Source: Octopus sinensis
Taxonomy: Eukaryota
Assembly: GCF_006345805.1 (NCBI RefSeq)
Contig: NC_042998.1
Span: forward strand, 27,652,001 to 27,716,000
Length of the DNA stretch: 64,000 bases
Direction of reading: 5' to 3'
The first letter of the stretch is position 1. Each line of letters opens with the position of its first letter. Shown here piece by piece: positions 50,672-64,000 of the stretch. The notes under the pieces were generated by a model. That model was given only the letters and a program-made list of their open reading frames with translations. It had not been told where the DNA came from and did not search any database. A program made the translations under genes and the position numbers.

Positions 50672-50937
50672 TATAGGTGATGTTTTACTAATAAAGTTTG
50701 AAGAGTAAAATCATTCGGTAAGGAATTTTCGCTGATTTTTACTCATGGTTTTGAACGAATGGACTGTTCCATGATTAATAAAACCATCGTCACATTAATA
50801 TATAAAATATACAGCAAAATGTGTAATAATAGGAGAGTGTCAAAAGAATAATATTCCAATGTTATGAGCAGAGCTGTTTCACGGAAAGAATGTAATCCCA
50901 AGGATAAAATATTACATTGGAAGAAGTAAAGAAAGAA

Positions 50938-50942
50938 AGAGA

Positions 50943-51008
<66 letters not shown>
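50938..51008. repeat. (GA)n microsatellite
   Basis: Direct reading of the sequence. Confidence 0.97.
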
Positions 51009-51011
<3 letters not shown>

Positions 51012-51130
51012 ACAAAAAATTGCAAAAGAAGGGAAAAGAGAAAAGGGGTACTATTTATTAAACAATCGTAGATATCTTAAGAGGTAACTATCGTACCATT
51101 TGGGTTCTGAAAACTAATTTTATAACCTCA

Positions 51131-51520
51131 CTAGCAGTATCGCCCAGCGTTGCTCGGGTTTGTTTCGACCCTTTAGGATTGGAATTTTTGAAAAGTAAAA
51201 CGTTTGCATTATGTAGCTTGTTATTTTCTTTAAGTGAACATTTTTCTGGTTGAAATATACCGAAAAATGGCGACACAGCAGTCAAAAAATTGTAAAAAAT
51301 AGGGATTTTCATAGAAAAAAAGCACCTTTTTGATGTAAATAATTTTTGGTGTTAACATGGTCCGATTTGAATCTTTTCTTCACCGGAACGAAGAGCAAGT
51401 CTTCGTCTGTCATACTCTCAATTTTGGTCAACTTGCGCCGCAGGGTCTCGAAGGAGATAGTGTTAGCTGAAGGCTACCGAACCTGCCATACACAGACAAC
51501 TTCAGCTTTATATATATAGA
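51131..51520 (-). mobile_element. Non-autonomous Helitron, subfamily alpha
   Basis: A|CTAG...GA|T termini. Confidence 0.85.
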
Positions 51521-53386
51521 TTATTGTCTAAACCACTAACAAATTTATATAGGGAACTTGTAATTTAGCGAAAGGATTAGAAGAGATATATGCCAATGGT
51601 ATGTCAGTGTTTACTATTTAACTCACATTTCAAATTAGAAGGGCGTTTGTATTAATTTACTGTATATTTTCTAATATAAATGCTTGATAATATATTCAAA
51701 TCATGTGATAAACGATATAATAAAATATGACATTTAGTATGGCATAAATCTATAAAATAAAATATTGCATAAACTATACTGAATGGTAACTATATTCCAC
51801 GAGATAATAGTAGGTTGTAGTTGGTTGATATCCAAACGAAATAGCTAGAATGTGAGTGCATTTTTTTATCTGATAATATGTACAGTAGTCTCTTTGTAAT
51901 GTTTTCCAGTAAATATAGGACAGTTAACGTTGCCGTCATAATTGTAAGTACTGTAGTCGACATGAAAGTTTATAACATAACAGTTTAGTTTCATGAAAAT
52001 AACTTCTAAATGTGTGCATCAAACGTCTTACTAATCAGAGTTGATGCATTTAACATCCAACTATTTGCTATGTGTAATTGTATTTATTCACTTTTAATTT
52101 GTAATTCATGATTTTCTTTATAAACATTTCATTTGTAATGCATGGTTTTCTTTATATATACTATTCGTTCGTTTTATCTTTCGATAAGAGAACTGTATAG
52201 TCCTGGTAGACAGTAAAATCCATGGCAGTACATTTTAGTCAAAAGAGAATATTGGTTTTTACTTCATATGTAAAAAAAAAAAACGTTAAATTTATATCAG
52301 CAACATATAAACAGAAAATTTCATCATCTTATTCCGAATATACATAAAAGCCTACATAACATGAAAGAAAATCTAATGGAAGAATAGTCTGTGAACATAA
52401 TGAATTACATCAAATAGAAACTGATGCAAACCCACAAGCCAAATTTGCATGAAAGACTGAATCAAAAGACAAACATACGAGTGCGCTAATATATTTAAAG
52501 AATCCAGCATAATAGTGGGCGCAAGATCAATCAAACCCCACGCCGTTAGAATATATACAAGCATATAGTTTATATTTATTGAAAAACAAGCTATTTGTTG
52601 GAAAACCACCACTGGAGTTAATAAATGTAAAATGCAAAATAAAAACAATGATATGTGATGAGGCATATAATAACGTATATCAAAATGTACGATAGCATTA
52701 CTTACTATTTCAAATTGAAACAATATGGAATTCAATGCGAAAACTGCGCTAGAAGTTGTAAAGACATGTTTATTTAAAAATTCCAGGGTCTGGTATAAAC
52801 CAGATTGTAAAAATAAAAGTAAAATCGGTGTTTGTTGGCGCTTCAGGAGAAAACTTAGAAAACAAGCTAAGATAGTAAAGAGACTACACTAAACACCGAT
52901 CTGCATCTCATCACTCACTACACCATTTTGTTTCTGTTTCAAACATCGGCCATATTGTCTTGAAAGTACGGGGACGAAATTAAGAACTGAACGTAATTTA
53001 GTCTCGACTTTTTTGCATTTTAACTAAAATGAATATCATAAATAAAACATGAATGTTTATTAAATTATATAATATATACGTAAGCAAGCAAAAGAAGGAA
53101 AAAATTATTTCAGGCTTAAGATTCTTTGGAAACGAATGCCATTAAAATTGATTTACTGGCGACGGAAAACGTAATCCGACGTTCATATGTAATACAGCTA
53201 CTGATAAAATAAACTTACAGTTAACAGTCTCAAAATGAGAACGGACTCTATCATAATTTATGTTGTGTCATCAGTAACACGATTATGGAGAAACGGCAAG
53301 CATATGACTTCCGTCAGTGCGAAGTTTACTTTATTGTGTTTCAAATCAGTGATGACAAGGTCATGCAATTTAGATTGAAATATTAC

Positions 53387-53453
53387 CTGTTATTCCATAA
53401 CTGTATAGTTTCAAATTCGCTGTCAAATGTCCCAAATTAAGTTCATCTAATAT
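53387..53453 (-). CDS. Weak candidate exon (phase 0 to 1)
   Basis: cctgtctag|ILDELNLGHLTANLKLYSYGIT(G)|gtaata. This could easily arise by chance. Confidence 0.2.
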
Positions 53454-55267
53454 CTAGACAGGTCTTAGCAGATTGAATTCAAAACGTTATCTCAAGAGGG
53501 AGATGAGAAATGCCAGATTAAGCAAAATTAAGATAGTGTCGTTAGATGAAATGAAAATATTTTAGACATGAAATAAACGAAAATAAACTCGATCCCCGCC
53601 ACCAAAGATTTGTCACTATTGAAACAAGTGCTAGTTCTTGGCACGACTACGTGATCACCATCCTGACAGGAACAAAATTCTGTATAAAATCAGCAGGCTG
53701 AAATTTCTTTTAAAACTGAATTTAAAAAAAATCTTGAATGAACGCGGAAATAGTTAACTGATGTGTCATAAATATTTAAATTTATGCAATTGCTGACACA
53801 GAAACATCGCAATAAAAGCAAAGGCCGATGCCAAAGAAAAATAACTGAAATGAAACAAAAGACGTCATCTCTAATTTACTCCTACTTCAAGCAAAAGTTT
53901 CAAGCGGAATGACAACAAATGAGTAGCAATCATTAAATCTCTCCAGTATAATTAAAACGACAGGAGTTATAAACATTTTCTAATTGACAAACATCGACAG
54001 CGCAACAGATATAATCTAGAGTTACAGATAATTGTCCAAAGACTCGCTAGTAGAGAAAGCAAAACTATTCATATGCTAATACTGCAGATTTCATCTCGGT
54101 TTATTCAGAATTCTTCGTATTAGGGAAGAAATTATATCTGCTACATGTTTCAAGATGTCGTTACATGCCTGTCCATCAGTGGCGGCAGTGGCGCTATCAA
54201 TGAAAGTTGCTATGTTTTTGGTTGAAGTTTGATTTATTTCTCTTTCAAAACACGAGCGATTCTCCATTCAAAGTCTTTGTTCCTTGGTTCACACACATTC
54301 TCACCTATCGACAAAGCCTGACACAAAATTTGATCGTCACGCCATTAATCAGATGAGACATATTTTGCTCTAGAGAAATGCATGGGTATCACACAATATA
54401 ATATCTTATTCATTATGCGTATGATTCACATTGTTTATGCATCTGATCAATATTGAGAAACTGATCCAAGTATATATAATGTAAAGCGAAAATTACGAAG
54501 TGCAGAGTTTTATAGTCGTAAAGAAGATATATTTTATACTTTTCTAAGCATGCAAAAATTCAATTGATAAGTTGTCGATGATTATTATGTTCAACGCAAA
54601 AGAGGAAATTAAGCATTTTTTTTTACTTTAAGATTTTGAACTAATAACTTGTCAGAAATAATTTTATACTTGAAAATTTCCCCGTTTCCATTATATTCCA
54701 GTCATTCTCACATTATAGGATTTAATTTAGTTTTCGCGTTTTATACAACAATCTAAATATGATGAATGACGTAGTTACAGCTTAGGGTTGGATATTACAA
54801 CAACGTTCAAGTGTAAGGCTCATATTTAGTTTAGAACTGAAATGAAATGCAATTTGTGTCTGTTTGAAGCAAGACGAATTTCTGAATAAATTTAAAACGA
54901 CAAGATCTGTAAATTAAATTTTAACTTAGCAAATAATACCTTGAGCCGAATTAGTTGGAAAGAAATTCCCTCTTAGAGCACCAAACGCCATGACTAAAAT
55001 AAGCATTTATATCTTATCCCAATGTTTTTATTACGGATCTGTCAGTTGTAGTTATCTATGTTTCATTATACTAGTGTTAGAAATTCGATGACTAGAAACT
55101 TGGTTTACTATCGAATAACATTTTGAATATAAAGACGACTTTCAAAAAGGCATACTTACAGTCGAATATCTAAATATAGATTTATTTTGGAGAGTTTTAG
55201 ATACTTCACAATATATTTTGCGAATTTTGGCTTTATTGTTCGATATTAAAAACCATTTATTTATATA

Positions 55268-55659
55268 CTAGCAGTATCACCGGCGTTGCTCGGGTTTGTT
55301 TCGACACTTTAGAATAGGAATTTTTGAAAAGTGAAAATTTTGCATTATGTAGCTTGTTATTCTCTTTGAGTGAACATTTTTCTGGTTGAAATACACCGAA
55401 AAATGGCGACACAGCAGTCAAAATATTGTAAAAAATAGGGATTTCCATAGAAACCCGCCCCACCTTTTTGATGTAAATAAGTTTTGGTGTTAACATGGTC
55501 TGATTTGAATTTTTCTTCTACGGAAGGAAGAGCAAGCCTTCTTCTATCATACTCTCAGTTTTGGTGAACTTGCGCCGCAGGGTCTCGGAGGAGATAGTGT
55601 TAGTTGAAGGCTACCAAACCTGCCATACACAGACAACTTCAGCTTTATATATAGAGAGA
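55268..55659 (-). mobile_element. Non-autonomous Helitron, subfamily alpha
   Basis: A|CTAG...GA|T termini. Confidence 0.85.
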
Positions 55660-55869
55660 TTGTTTGCTTTAAACATATCGCATATGAACAGGAAGCCGTA
55701 CCAAATTTATAAATTGAAATCAGACGACAGGGACTCTTTTTTATATGTGTTACAGACAAGTAAAAAAATACTTACATAGGAAAGAGATCTTAGAATAAAT
55801 CGCGAGAATGAATTTCACTATAGAAAATGTGTTCAATCTCTCTTGTTCATTAACGTAATTATAATGGTT

Positions 55870-56320
55870 TCAAATTTTGGCACAGGCCAGCAATTTTAGG
55901 GGAGGGGGAAGTCGATTACATCGACCCAGGGCTCAACTGGTAATTATGTCATCAATCCTGTAAGGACGAAAGGCAAAGTCAACCACGTCGTCATTTGAAA
56001 AAATTAAGCTAAGCTTTTCGCCTGGCTTTTGGCGATTCTTCCTGCTAGCCACCGAATAAAGTACGTTATTAATTACTATTGCTTGGGGTATAATATGGAG
56101 TAGGAAATGGCGGTGAGCTGGTAGAAACGTTCGCACGCCGGGCGAAATGCTTAGAAGTATCCCGTCTGTCTTAACGTTCTGATTTCAAATTCCGCCGAGG
56201 TCGATTTCGCCTTTTATTCTTTCGGGGTTGATAAATTGAGTACCAGTTGCGCACTGGAGCTGATCTAATAGACTGGCCCCTTCCCTCAAATTTTCGGGCG
56301 TTGTACCTAGAGTAGGTAAG
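55870..56320. mobile_element. Two diverged family B SINEs (- 55870-56040; + 56108-56320)
   Basis: Consensus motifs. Confidence 0.75.
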
Positions 56321-56589
56321 AATATGGAGTAGGAAGTTACAACAGCGTCAACAAAGATTTCTCTGTCACATATATTTGCTACGTACTATATTAAAGATAT
56401 AAACAATATCTTTCAACGCATAGGAAATGGCAAGCTAAAACATAAGAAACAGATCTTGAAGAAAGCAAAATATATTTTGTATTGGTTTAAAAAAGAGCTT
56501 GAATTCTTTTTCTCGTCTAGGGGCATCAAAATTATATGTGAACTATATATACAATAAATACAAGCATACAAAAATTTCATATATTCATA

Positions 56590-56613
56590 CATGCATACAC
56601 CCCCCACACACAT

Positions 56614-56668
<55 letters not shown>

Positions 56669-56888
56669 AATATAAATATATACATAGACACACATTATAT
56701 ATACATATATATAAGTATATATATACATGAATAAATACATATTCATACATGCACACATATATATATACATATATATGTTTATTCATGCATATATTCACAT
56801 AGATAAATACATACATATACACGTACAAATACACATTTATATAATTTATATGTGCTTGTATGTATATATGTTTACATATATGTGTGTA

Positions 56889-56923
<35 letters not shown>

Positions 56924-57060
56924 TTGTGTGTGTGTGTACGTGTGTGTGTGTACGTGTGTGTATGTATATTTCTAAATATTATGCGTCTATATTTCTGTAT
57001 TTCCAATATATCCACGCACACATACGCATAAACAAATACAGACATACACACACACATGTC
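56590..57060. repeat. TA/CA/TG microsatellite block
   Basis: Direct reading of the sequence. Confidence 0.95.
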
Positions 57061-58449
57061 TGAAAATTACATGCGATCATTTTGTGACATTTATGCTTGC
57101 TTTAAGTGAACTGAAACAAGAAATGACTTTTGAATAGAAATTGCATATTGCTCTGCAGGGCTTTCTATTTCATGTTTTCAAATATAAATATATCGAAAGT
57201 AACTTGAGAAGCCTCCGAACTCTTATAAACTTTATAATGTCACTCGAAGTTACCATGAATCATATTCACAGTCAGTAACAAATAAGATCTTACTAAAAAT
57301 TGTTTAATACCATTTTTCCGATGTCTCCGAATTTCCTCCGATAAAGCTATACAATTTACATGCAATAAAACCCAGTTTTATCGTTGTTACGTGAACTTCG
57401 CATTGAAAGCAATCCAATCTATTTTCTCTTATCAAACCACTGCTTTACACATATACAGTCAAAATGTACGAAAGTTATAGAACATGCCACATATTTTTCT
57501 CAGGAAAAGTGTCTCGTCGATATGAATTTAGAATAAATGTAAAGGAAAATATGTTTTCGCATTTTAGTATTTGTAAATGTTTTTCTCATTTATATTGTAC
57601 AACATAAAGAAAGTTATTTTGTGAGTTTCTATATTGGTCTCACTTATAAACTTTAAGGATGTTACTTACTGTTCGCTGAAATAAATAATTTTAAATTAAT
57701 ATCATTAGGCTGTTTATTTGACGTTAGAATAGTTGTTAAAATACTTTGAGAATAGATGTAAAAATACTTTGAGACAAATTTAATAAAATCACCAACATTG
57801 TTAAACGAGTACTGGAAGCGTAGGTTTCATTCTTTCAGTGTAAAATAATTGCACGTGCATTTATTTGAAACCTGTTTCTTTTGCTTTTGGAAGTGAGTAT
57901 TTCACATAAATGCATTGGCATATTGAAAAAAAAAAATTTGCATCAATAAAATACATACTAATTTCTTCTAAAGCGGTAGCACATCTAATTTACGTGTAGA
58001 AAAATAATCGATATAAAAAGCTTTGATGTCAAGAGAAAATAATTTCATAAAACCCGAGTAAAAACATTCTGAGGAATGGAAGAAATTCTATTGAAATTTT
58101 CCTGGGATGTTTTGTTCCTCTTCACTACTTTCGTATTTCTCTTTCATATATTTTATTACTTGACAGAAGCATGAATATATCTCCAGTTCTTCCATTTAGA
58201 AATATATACCTATTCGCGTTTTCTTACGATTCAATTTAGAATAATTCTCTCTGTACGTATAGGGTGCTGCTGTTGTGTTAATCTAACAAATTGCTATCAT
58301 TTGATCTTGCTAAATTCATGTGAGAGGGGATTACGATGAATCATATTGGTTTTTCTGATCATGCAATTACATAAAGATAGATAAAAAGAAAAATCTATTA
58401 ATGCCAATATCATCAATTCCCATACCAACATGAAAGTATACATCTTCAC

Positions 58450-58452
58450 GCG

Positions 58453-58483
<31 letters not shown>

Positions 58484-58510
58484 TTACACATGTATATTAC
58501 ATATTATACC

Positions 58511-58569
<59 letters not shown>

Positions 58570-58642
58570 GCACAGACACACACGTACTTATATACATTTA
58601 TGTAAGTATATATATATATGTGTATATATATGTGTGTATATA

Positions 58643-58700
<58 letters not shown>

Positions 58701-58701
58701 A

Positions 58702-58758
<57 letters not shown>

Positions 58759-58780
58759 TATATATATATGTATATATATA

Positions 58781-58859
<79 letters not shown>

Positions 58860-58900
58860 GGCATGTCTTTATACATACACACATACACATGCACACGTAC
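58450..58900. repeat. (CT)/(CA)/(TA)n microsatellite block
   Basis: Direct reading of the sequence. Confidence 0.95.
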
Positions 58901-58909
58901 ACATCTTAC

Positions 58910-59059
58910 ATAAAGTTCGCGCTGCGGGATATTCCTTTCATCAGATGCCGAATGAAGGTAACAAGGGTTACGCCACCTTCGTACACTATCACTTCGCTCT
59001 TTTTCCTTACAACGTCTATATTGCTTGTCAGAATTGATGTTGCAAGGGGGAATCTCCAT
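58910..59059 (-). CDS. Candidate first coding exon segment (ends in phase 0)
   Basis: AAC ATG G context, 50 codons [50 protein letters not shown], then donor |gtaaga. A possible acceptor cctatcccttttag lies upstream, with the exon starting at 59172. Confidence 0.4.
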
Positions 59060-59195
59060 GTTCGGTGCTACTGAGGTACTTTAAACCAAACACGACGACG
59101 CAGCATGATGCAGTAGACTACTTCACCACTCTCCAGATTGGTTGCATCTATCATACGAATTTTTAAACCCTTCTAAAAGGGATAGGCCTTACTCG

Positions 59196-59506
59196 TAGTT
59201 AGTTTGTTCCTTCTCGAGCCATCCCTGGCTCATAAGGGCTGGTTTCCCGGTTTCCTTGGCGTATAGGTTCCCCACCTGGACGGAACGCCGGTCCGTCGCA
59301 GGTGAGCTGCAAGATGCAGGCGGAAAGAATGAGAGAAAGTTGTGGCGAAAGAGTCAGCAGAAGTTCGCCATTACCTTCTGCCGGAGCCGCGTGGAGCTTA
59401 GGTGTTTCGCTCATAAGCACACACATCGCCCGGTCTGAGATTCGAACATGCAGTCCCTCGACCGCGAGTTCGCTGCTCTAACTACTAGGGCATTTGCCTC
59501 CACCAA
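59196..59506 (-). mobile_element. SINE family D
   Basis: Matches the 1383-1682 and 17908 copies. Confidence 0.85.
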
Positions 59507-59867
59507 CTCGTAGTGGTAAGTGACAGTGTTAAAAAAAAGGGACCAAAACACCTTTATTAATCGGAGTGAGATTAAAATTTGCATGCATTGTAAAAGTATT
59601 TGGAAGTCAATCAGAAATAGTCGATCGTATCGACCTATAAATACACATGGGGTCACACTAACTGTACCTCGATGCTCAGTCTGGTGCGAAACTTTCTTCG
59701 TAGTTGTGTATCATGTATATATATTGGGCAAACCGAATCTTCCTTTTTATCGTTAATGCCTTTATACAACGCTATAACAGATATTACTGCTAATCTGGAT
59801 GCACCATTCAAATGCTTCTCTGATCAGAAAAGTCACAAATATGAAAAAAAGAAAAAAAAAAACCAAA

Positions 59868-60245
59868 TAGGCGCAGGAGTGGCTCTGTGGTAAGTAGCTT
59901 GCTTACCAACCACATGGTTCCGGGTTCAGTCCCACTGCGTGGCATCTTGGGCAAGTGTCTTCTACCATAGCCTCGGGCCGACCAAAACCTTGTGAGTGGA
60001 TTTGGTAGACGGAAACTGAAAGAAGCCCGTCGTATATATGTATATATATATGTGTGTGTGTGTGTGTGCATGTTTGTGTGTCTGTGTTTGTCCCCCTAGC
60101 ATTGCTTGACAACCGATGCTGGCCGATAGAATAAGTACTGGGTTTACAAAGAATAAATCCCGGGGTCGATTTGCTCGACTAAAGGCGGTGCTCCAGCATG
60201 GCCGCAGTCAAAGGACTGAAACAAGTAAAAGAGTAAAAGAGTAAA
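59868..60245 (+). mobile_element. SINE family A (small deletion in the right half)
   Basis: Consensus match. Confidence 0.9.
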
Positions 60246-61258
60246 GTGTAAATGATAATTTATTTTATACCAAAAGTTCGTGGAATAATTATTCATTCAT
60301 ATTTTGCTATGAATATACGAAGATATACACTGAGAGTTACTCTAAAATGACTTTGCAGTTTGAATATGTTCGAGTATGTCAACAGAAAGTTTTAAGCTAG
60401 ATTTTTGTAAATGTATTAATCAAAGGGTTAGTAATTGGAAGAAAGCCAGCGCATAAAAACCCTTTTAGGTTCTGCGAGGAAGAGTGATGTAGTTATCGTC
60501 AGTTCGGAAACGTAACTGCAATAACATAAAACGGAGTAAACTTTGCGTAATTCTGTTAAGAGCCAGTTGGTTAGTGTTGAACGAGGCAGTGGATGAGATC
60601 GGTGATCCGGGAGTAGGAATAGTCCAACGGGCTTCCGCATACTTTACGCCTATTAAATGTTAATTACAAAGTTTTAGTCCATGCGAAGCTAAGGTAGACA
60701 TTTTTTGATTAATGTGCAGCGCAAGGAGACCAAATCTGAAATCATGTAGCTGCCAAGCAAACTTCTTAAGTACAGAGTCATATTTCTATTCATAATTACA
60801 GTATGTCTCATTCGACTGAAATTGCGAAGAAGAATACCAACAATGATACTGAAACAAACGGAACTACGGCACGTTTAAGCTATTTAAAACGATGTAAGTA
60901 GTCTCCTTACAACTGAACATAACGACATTTTCAAACATAAGAATGAAGTTTGGCTCAAAGAAATTTTCCTATTTGATTAGTAATCGCAGAATATCAGTGG
61001 CTCAATCTCAAGCCTGCACATCAGTGGTTTCGTTATCTCTCCTCTTTCACATAAAGTATGCAATAATTCATAGGCATTGATAATAACATATGATATGACG
61101 GCATTAAAAATAACATGATATGAAGGCATTGAATATAACATGATATGAAGGCGTTGTGAATAAAGATAGAGTGACCCGAGAATATTTCACCAGATGAAAG
61201 TAAAAAAAAAGGTAAAAGCAGAATTTTGGAATTCTGCCCTTGCTAGACAATATCGCCC

Positions 61259-61670
61259 AATGCATTCGCAGTACCAGTGCTGATACTAATATTTGGATTA
61301 CTTGGCTGGTCTGTAGAGGAAATTCATTCCATAGGAATTAGAACCCGCAAGACCCTGACATCAACTTGAAATTTTCACAGAAACAGTAATATTGACAGGC
61401 TCTACCTGAAAAGAGATGAAAGAGGTAGATGCTTGAGATCAGTGCTGACGACCTTCAATGTAGTATTGTATATCCCAGACAGCAAAAATGTATAAACCTG
61501 TTGTTGAAGAGTAGAAAACAACATCCTACGTATCGGCAATGAGCTCCTCAGGAAGGACGCTGTTCCGAACGACCTCCCACACAACTCCAAAATAGCTGGA
61601 ATAATCTCAAAGAAGGCCTGGATGTGAAATGCTCAGCATTCCATTAAAAGACCATTCATGGGTATGTTTC
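61259..61670 (+). pseudogene. Degraded R4/Dong-like RT thumb-region fragment
   Basis: NAFAVPVLILIFGLLGWSVEEIHSIGIRTRKTLTST*NFHRNSNIDRLYLKRDERGRCL and later KTIHGY, matching the family motifs RLYLPRxxGGRGL and KxLHG. Confidence 0.7.
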
Positions 61671-61961
61671 CCTCGAAGACTTCAAGATGGCACTAACATA
61701 TATACAAAGCATTTCTCTTTCAATGTTGAAACCAGTCACTCTCTTATACAAAAATCTATATGAAGTGCACGCTTGTGTTGTTGCTTCCTTTTGGTCCATT
61801 TCATCTTTTCTCTACATAGGTGATGGCTAAATATCAAGCATATCATGCATATTGTTTTACTCGATCAGGGAGCGCCTGTGTATGTCTAAGGCACGATCAT
61901 TCATACTCCGGCTAAATAATGAAAAAAAATACTAATAAGTTATAATAAAATAAATGCACCC

Positions 61962-62202
61962 TTTTAAAACCTAACCAGGCTCATGGGCCCAGTTTCCCGG
62001 TTTCAATGGCGTATGTGTTCCCCAGCTGGACGGGACGCCAGTCCAGTGCAGCGTTACGCATTTTTGCCAGCTGAGTGAACTGGAGCAACGTGAAATGAAG
62101 TGTTTTGCTCAAGAACACAACGCGTCGTCCGGTTCAGAAATTGAAACAGAAATCTTACGATCATGATGCTGACACCCTAACCACTAAGCCACGCGCTTCT
62201 AC
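61962..62202 (-). mobile_element. SINE head C + tail X
   Basis: Matches 44695-44922. Confidence 0.85.
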
Positions 62203-63248
62203 AAATAAGTTATGCTTTATATAATAAACATAAGGATGTATTATGCAACTAATAATAAAGTGCAAAATAACTTCGTATTTTATATCGATTTGTACCGAAA
62301 GGTATAAGCAAATGATTATATAGACTTTTAAATTAGCTAGTTATTAACTTCACTCATGTTTACGTTGATTGTTGGAAATTATCAGATTTGGTACCAATAA
62401 TGCTATATAACAAACAACATCAAAGAAAATTTTCGGTCATATTCGTTTTGATTAAATCTTCAGAAAATTCTGACTGCATTACAGTATGTAAAACTTACAT
62501 TCTTAAAATCTGAATACATAAAAAGCTACATAAAAAAAGCTTATCAACTAGATATCCGATTGGTTCTATTATATTAAAATCCAATTTATTTGATTGACTA
62601 ACAAAGAATTATTCGTATGACAAAGATATCTTGTATGTAAACATCACAAACAGGAAAATATACGCGCCCTGAAGGATTAATAATGGAATTTAGCTGGCGT
62701 TGTTTTCCTAGAAATATGAAGCATTTTTAATACGAGTTTCTTCGGTTGAGATGAGACATTCAGTCTCATCTCAATTGTATGAATATCATATTAAAAACTG
62801 AATAAAGCAATTTTGTAATCATCGCGCAGATATGCTGTAGATTAATTTCTTTCTGCTAAAATGCTACTAAACATGACCCTTCTAAGGACATGTCCCGTAT
62901 AGATATTAAGTGAAAGATAATTCTTAATACATTGCCTAATCCAGACTTTTATTTAGCGTCTTCCATACTCACACACACACACACACACACACATACATAC
63001 ACATATACACATATATATCTCGTCTGACGAGCGCTGTGATATAAAGTTGAATCGTGAGATTCTGTGGTTTAAACTTGAGTCACATTCTTTTAAGATAATC
63101 ACCTACTCTTTGTCGCTTCTCATTGGTTGATAAACAGTAACTTTTCGATGGTCAGCACGCACACGCACACGCACACACGCACATACACATGCACACACAC
63201 ACACACGCACGCACGTACACATACATACAGAGATACATACATACATAC

Positions 63249-63478
63249 TTCTTTACTACCCACAAGGGGCTAAGCACAGAGAGGACAAACAAGGACAAAC
63301 AAACGGATTAAGTCGATTACATCGACTCCAGTGCGTGACTGGTACTTATTTAATCGACCCCGAAAGAATGAAAGGCAAAGTCGACCTCGGCGGTATTTGA
63401 ACTCTGAACGTAGCGGCAGACTAAATGCGGCTACGCATTTCGCCCGACGTGCTAACGTTTCTGCCAGCTCGCCGCCTT
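63249..63478 (-). mobile_element. SINE family B with a ~15-bp TSD
   Basis: CAGAGATACATACAT at 63228-63242 and 63479-63493. Confidence 0.88.
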
Positions 63479-63492
63479 CAGAGATACATACA

Positions 63493-64000
63493 TGCAGACT
63501 TTGTGGAGTTAACACCGAAGATGTCACTCACATCATAATCAGTTGTCTGAAAATGTCATCACAGTATTATCTACCGATAAGACATGATGTTGCAGCTAGG
63601 ACACTCTATCATGAAATACATCGGAAGGATAACCCCAGGGACAAAGAAATAAGAACCCACAGTATGGTAGAAGCCATAGCCACTCATAATAAAAAGGAAT
63701 ACTGGTGGAATTTACCAGTGAATAAAATGTAAGGACAACAGACCTGATATAATGATTTGAGATAGAGAAGAGAAACTGTGTATAGTTGTCGGAATTAGCT
63801 ACCCAGCGGATGTTAATATAAGGCTGAAGATCAGTGAAAAAGAGAACACCTATGCTGAACTATCGAGAAATCTGCTGTTACTCTATCCAGATTACAAGTT
63901 CAGGTTTATACGTGTAATTATTGGGGCCCTGGGATATGTAACACACTGTCTACATACCAATATTGAGAAATTAGGCTTCTGAAAACCAGAAAGGAGAAAG
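63493..64000 (+). pseudogene. 5'-truncated R4/Dong-like element: CCHC knuckle + restriction-like endonuclease (runs off the window)
   Basis: CRLCGVNTEDVTHIIISC...RHD...NRPDIMI*DRE...KISEKENTYAEL...VIIGALG, with one frameshift and two stop codons. Confidence 0.85.

Noticed and set aside
52373-52735. 120-aa hydrophobic minus ORF (GPCR-like?)
   Set aside because: It has no diagnostic motif or splice support, and hydrophobic ORFs are common in T-rich strands.
54080-54350. Protein-like minus frames (58 aa and 36 aa)
   Set aside because: They are short, discontinuous and unidentifiable.
60575-60650. PLDYSYSRI peptide resembling LRRC51
   Set aside because: A stop follows within a few codons, there is no usable donor, and no other LRRC51-like exons were found.

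Overview
AT-rich eukaryotic DNA packed with microsatellites and transposons. The SINE families look like those I recognise from Octopus genomes, so I infer a coleoid cephalopod. There are no prokaryotic features, and almost all ORF-track entries are artefacts of microsatellites or SINEs. The main element is a near full-length CR1/L2-group LINE on the + strand (about 24.6-29.8 kb). Its 1002-aa ORF2 (endonuclease plus reverse transcriptase) keeps all catalytic motifs but appears to contain a pair of compensating frameshifts. Its ORF1 can be rebuilt by removing a precisely inserted 385-bp Helitron and three frameshifts, giving an unusual architecture: Myb/SANT-like trihelix, Q/T-rich linker, tandem CCCH zinc fingers and a helical C-terminus. 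Four phase-compatible minus-strand exons (59.1, 44.5, 31.1 and 21.4 kb) splice into a candidate ~200-aa host protein that I cannot identify. Other content: six non-autonomous Helitrons in the same orientation, a Helitron RepHel relic, a tandem Helentron-type pair, two MITEs, a 5'-inverted RTE fragment, R4/Dong-like fragments joined to (TACA)n, hammerhead-like motifs in Penelope-type repeats, and several tRNA-derived SINE families that swap modules.
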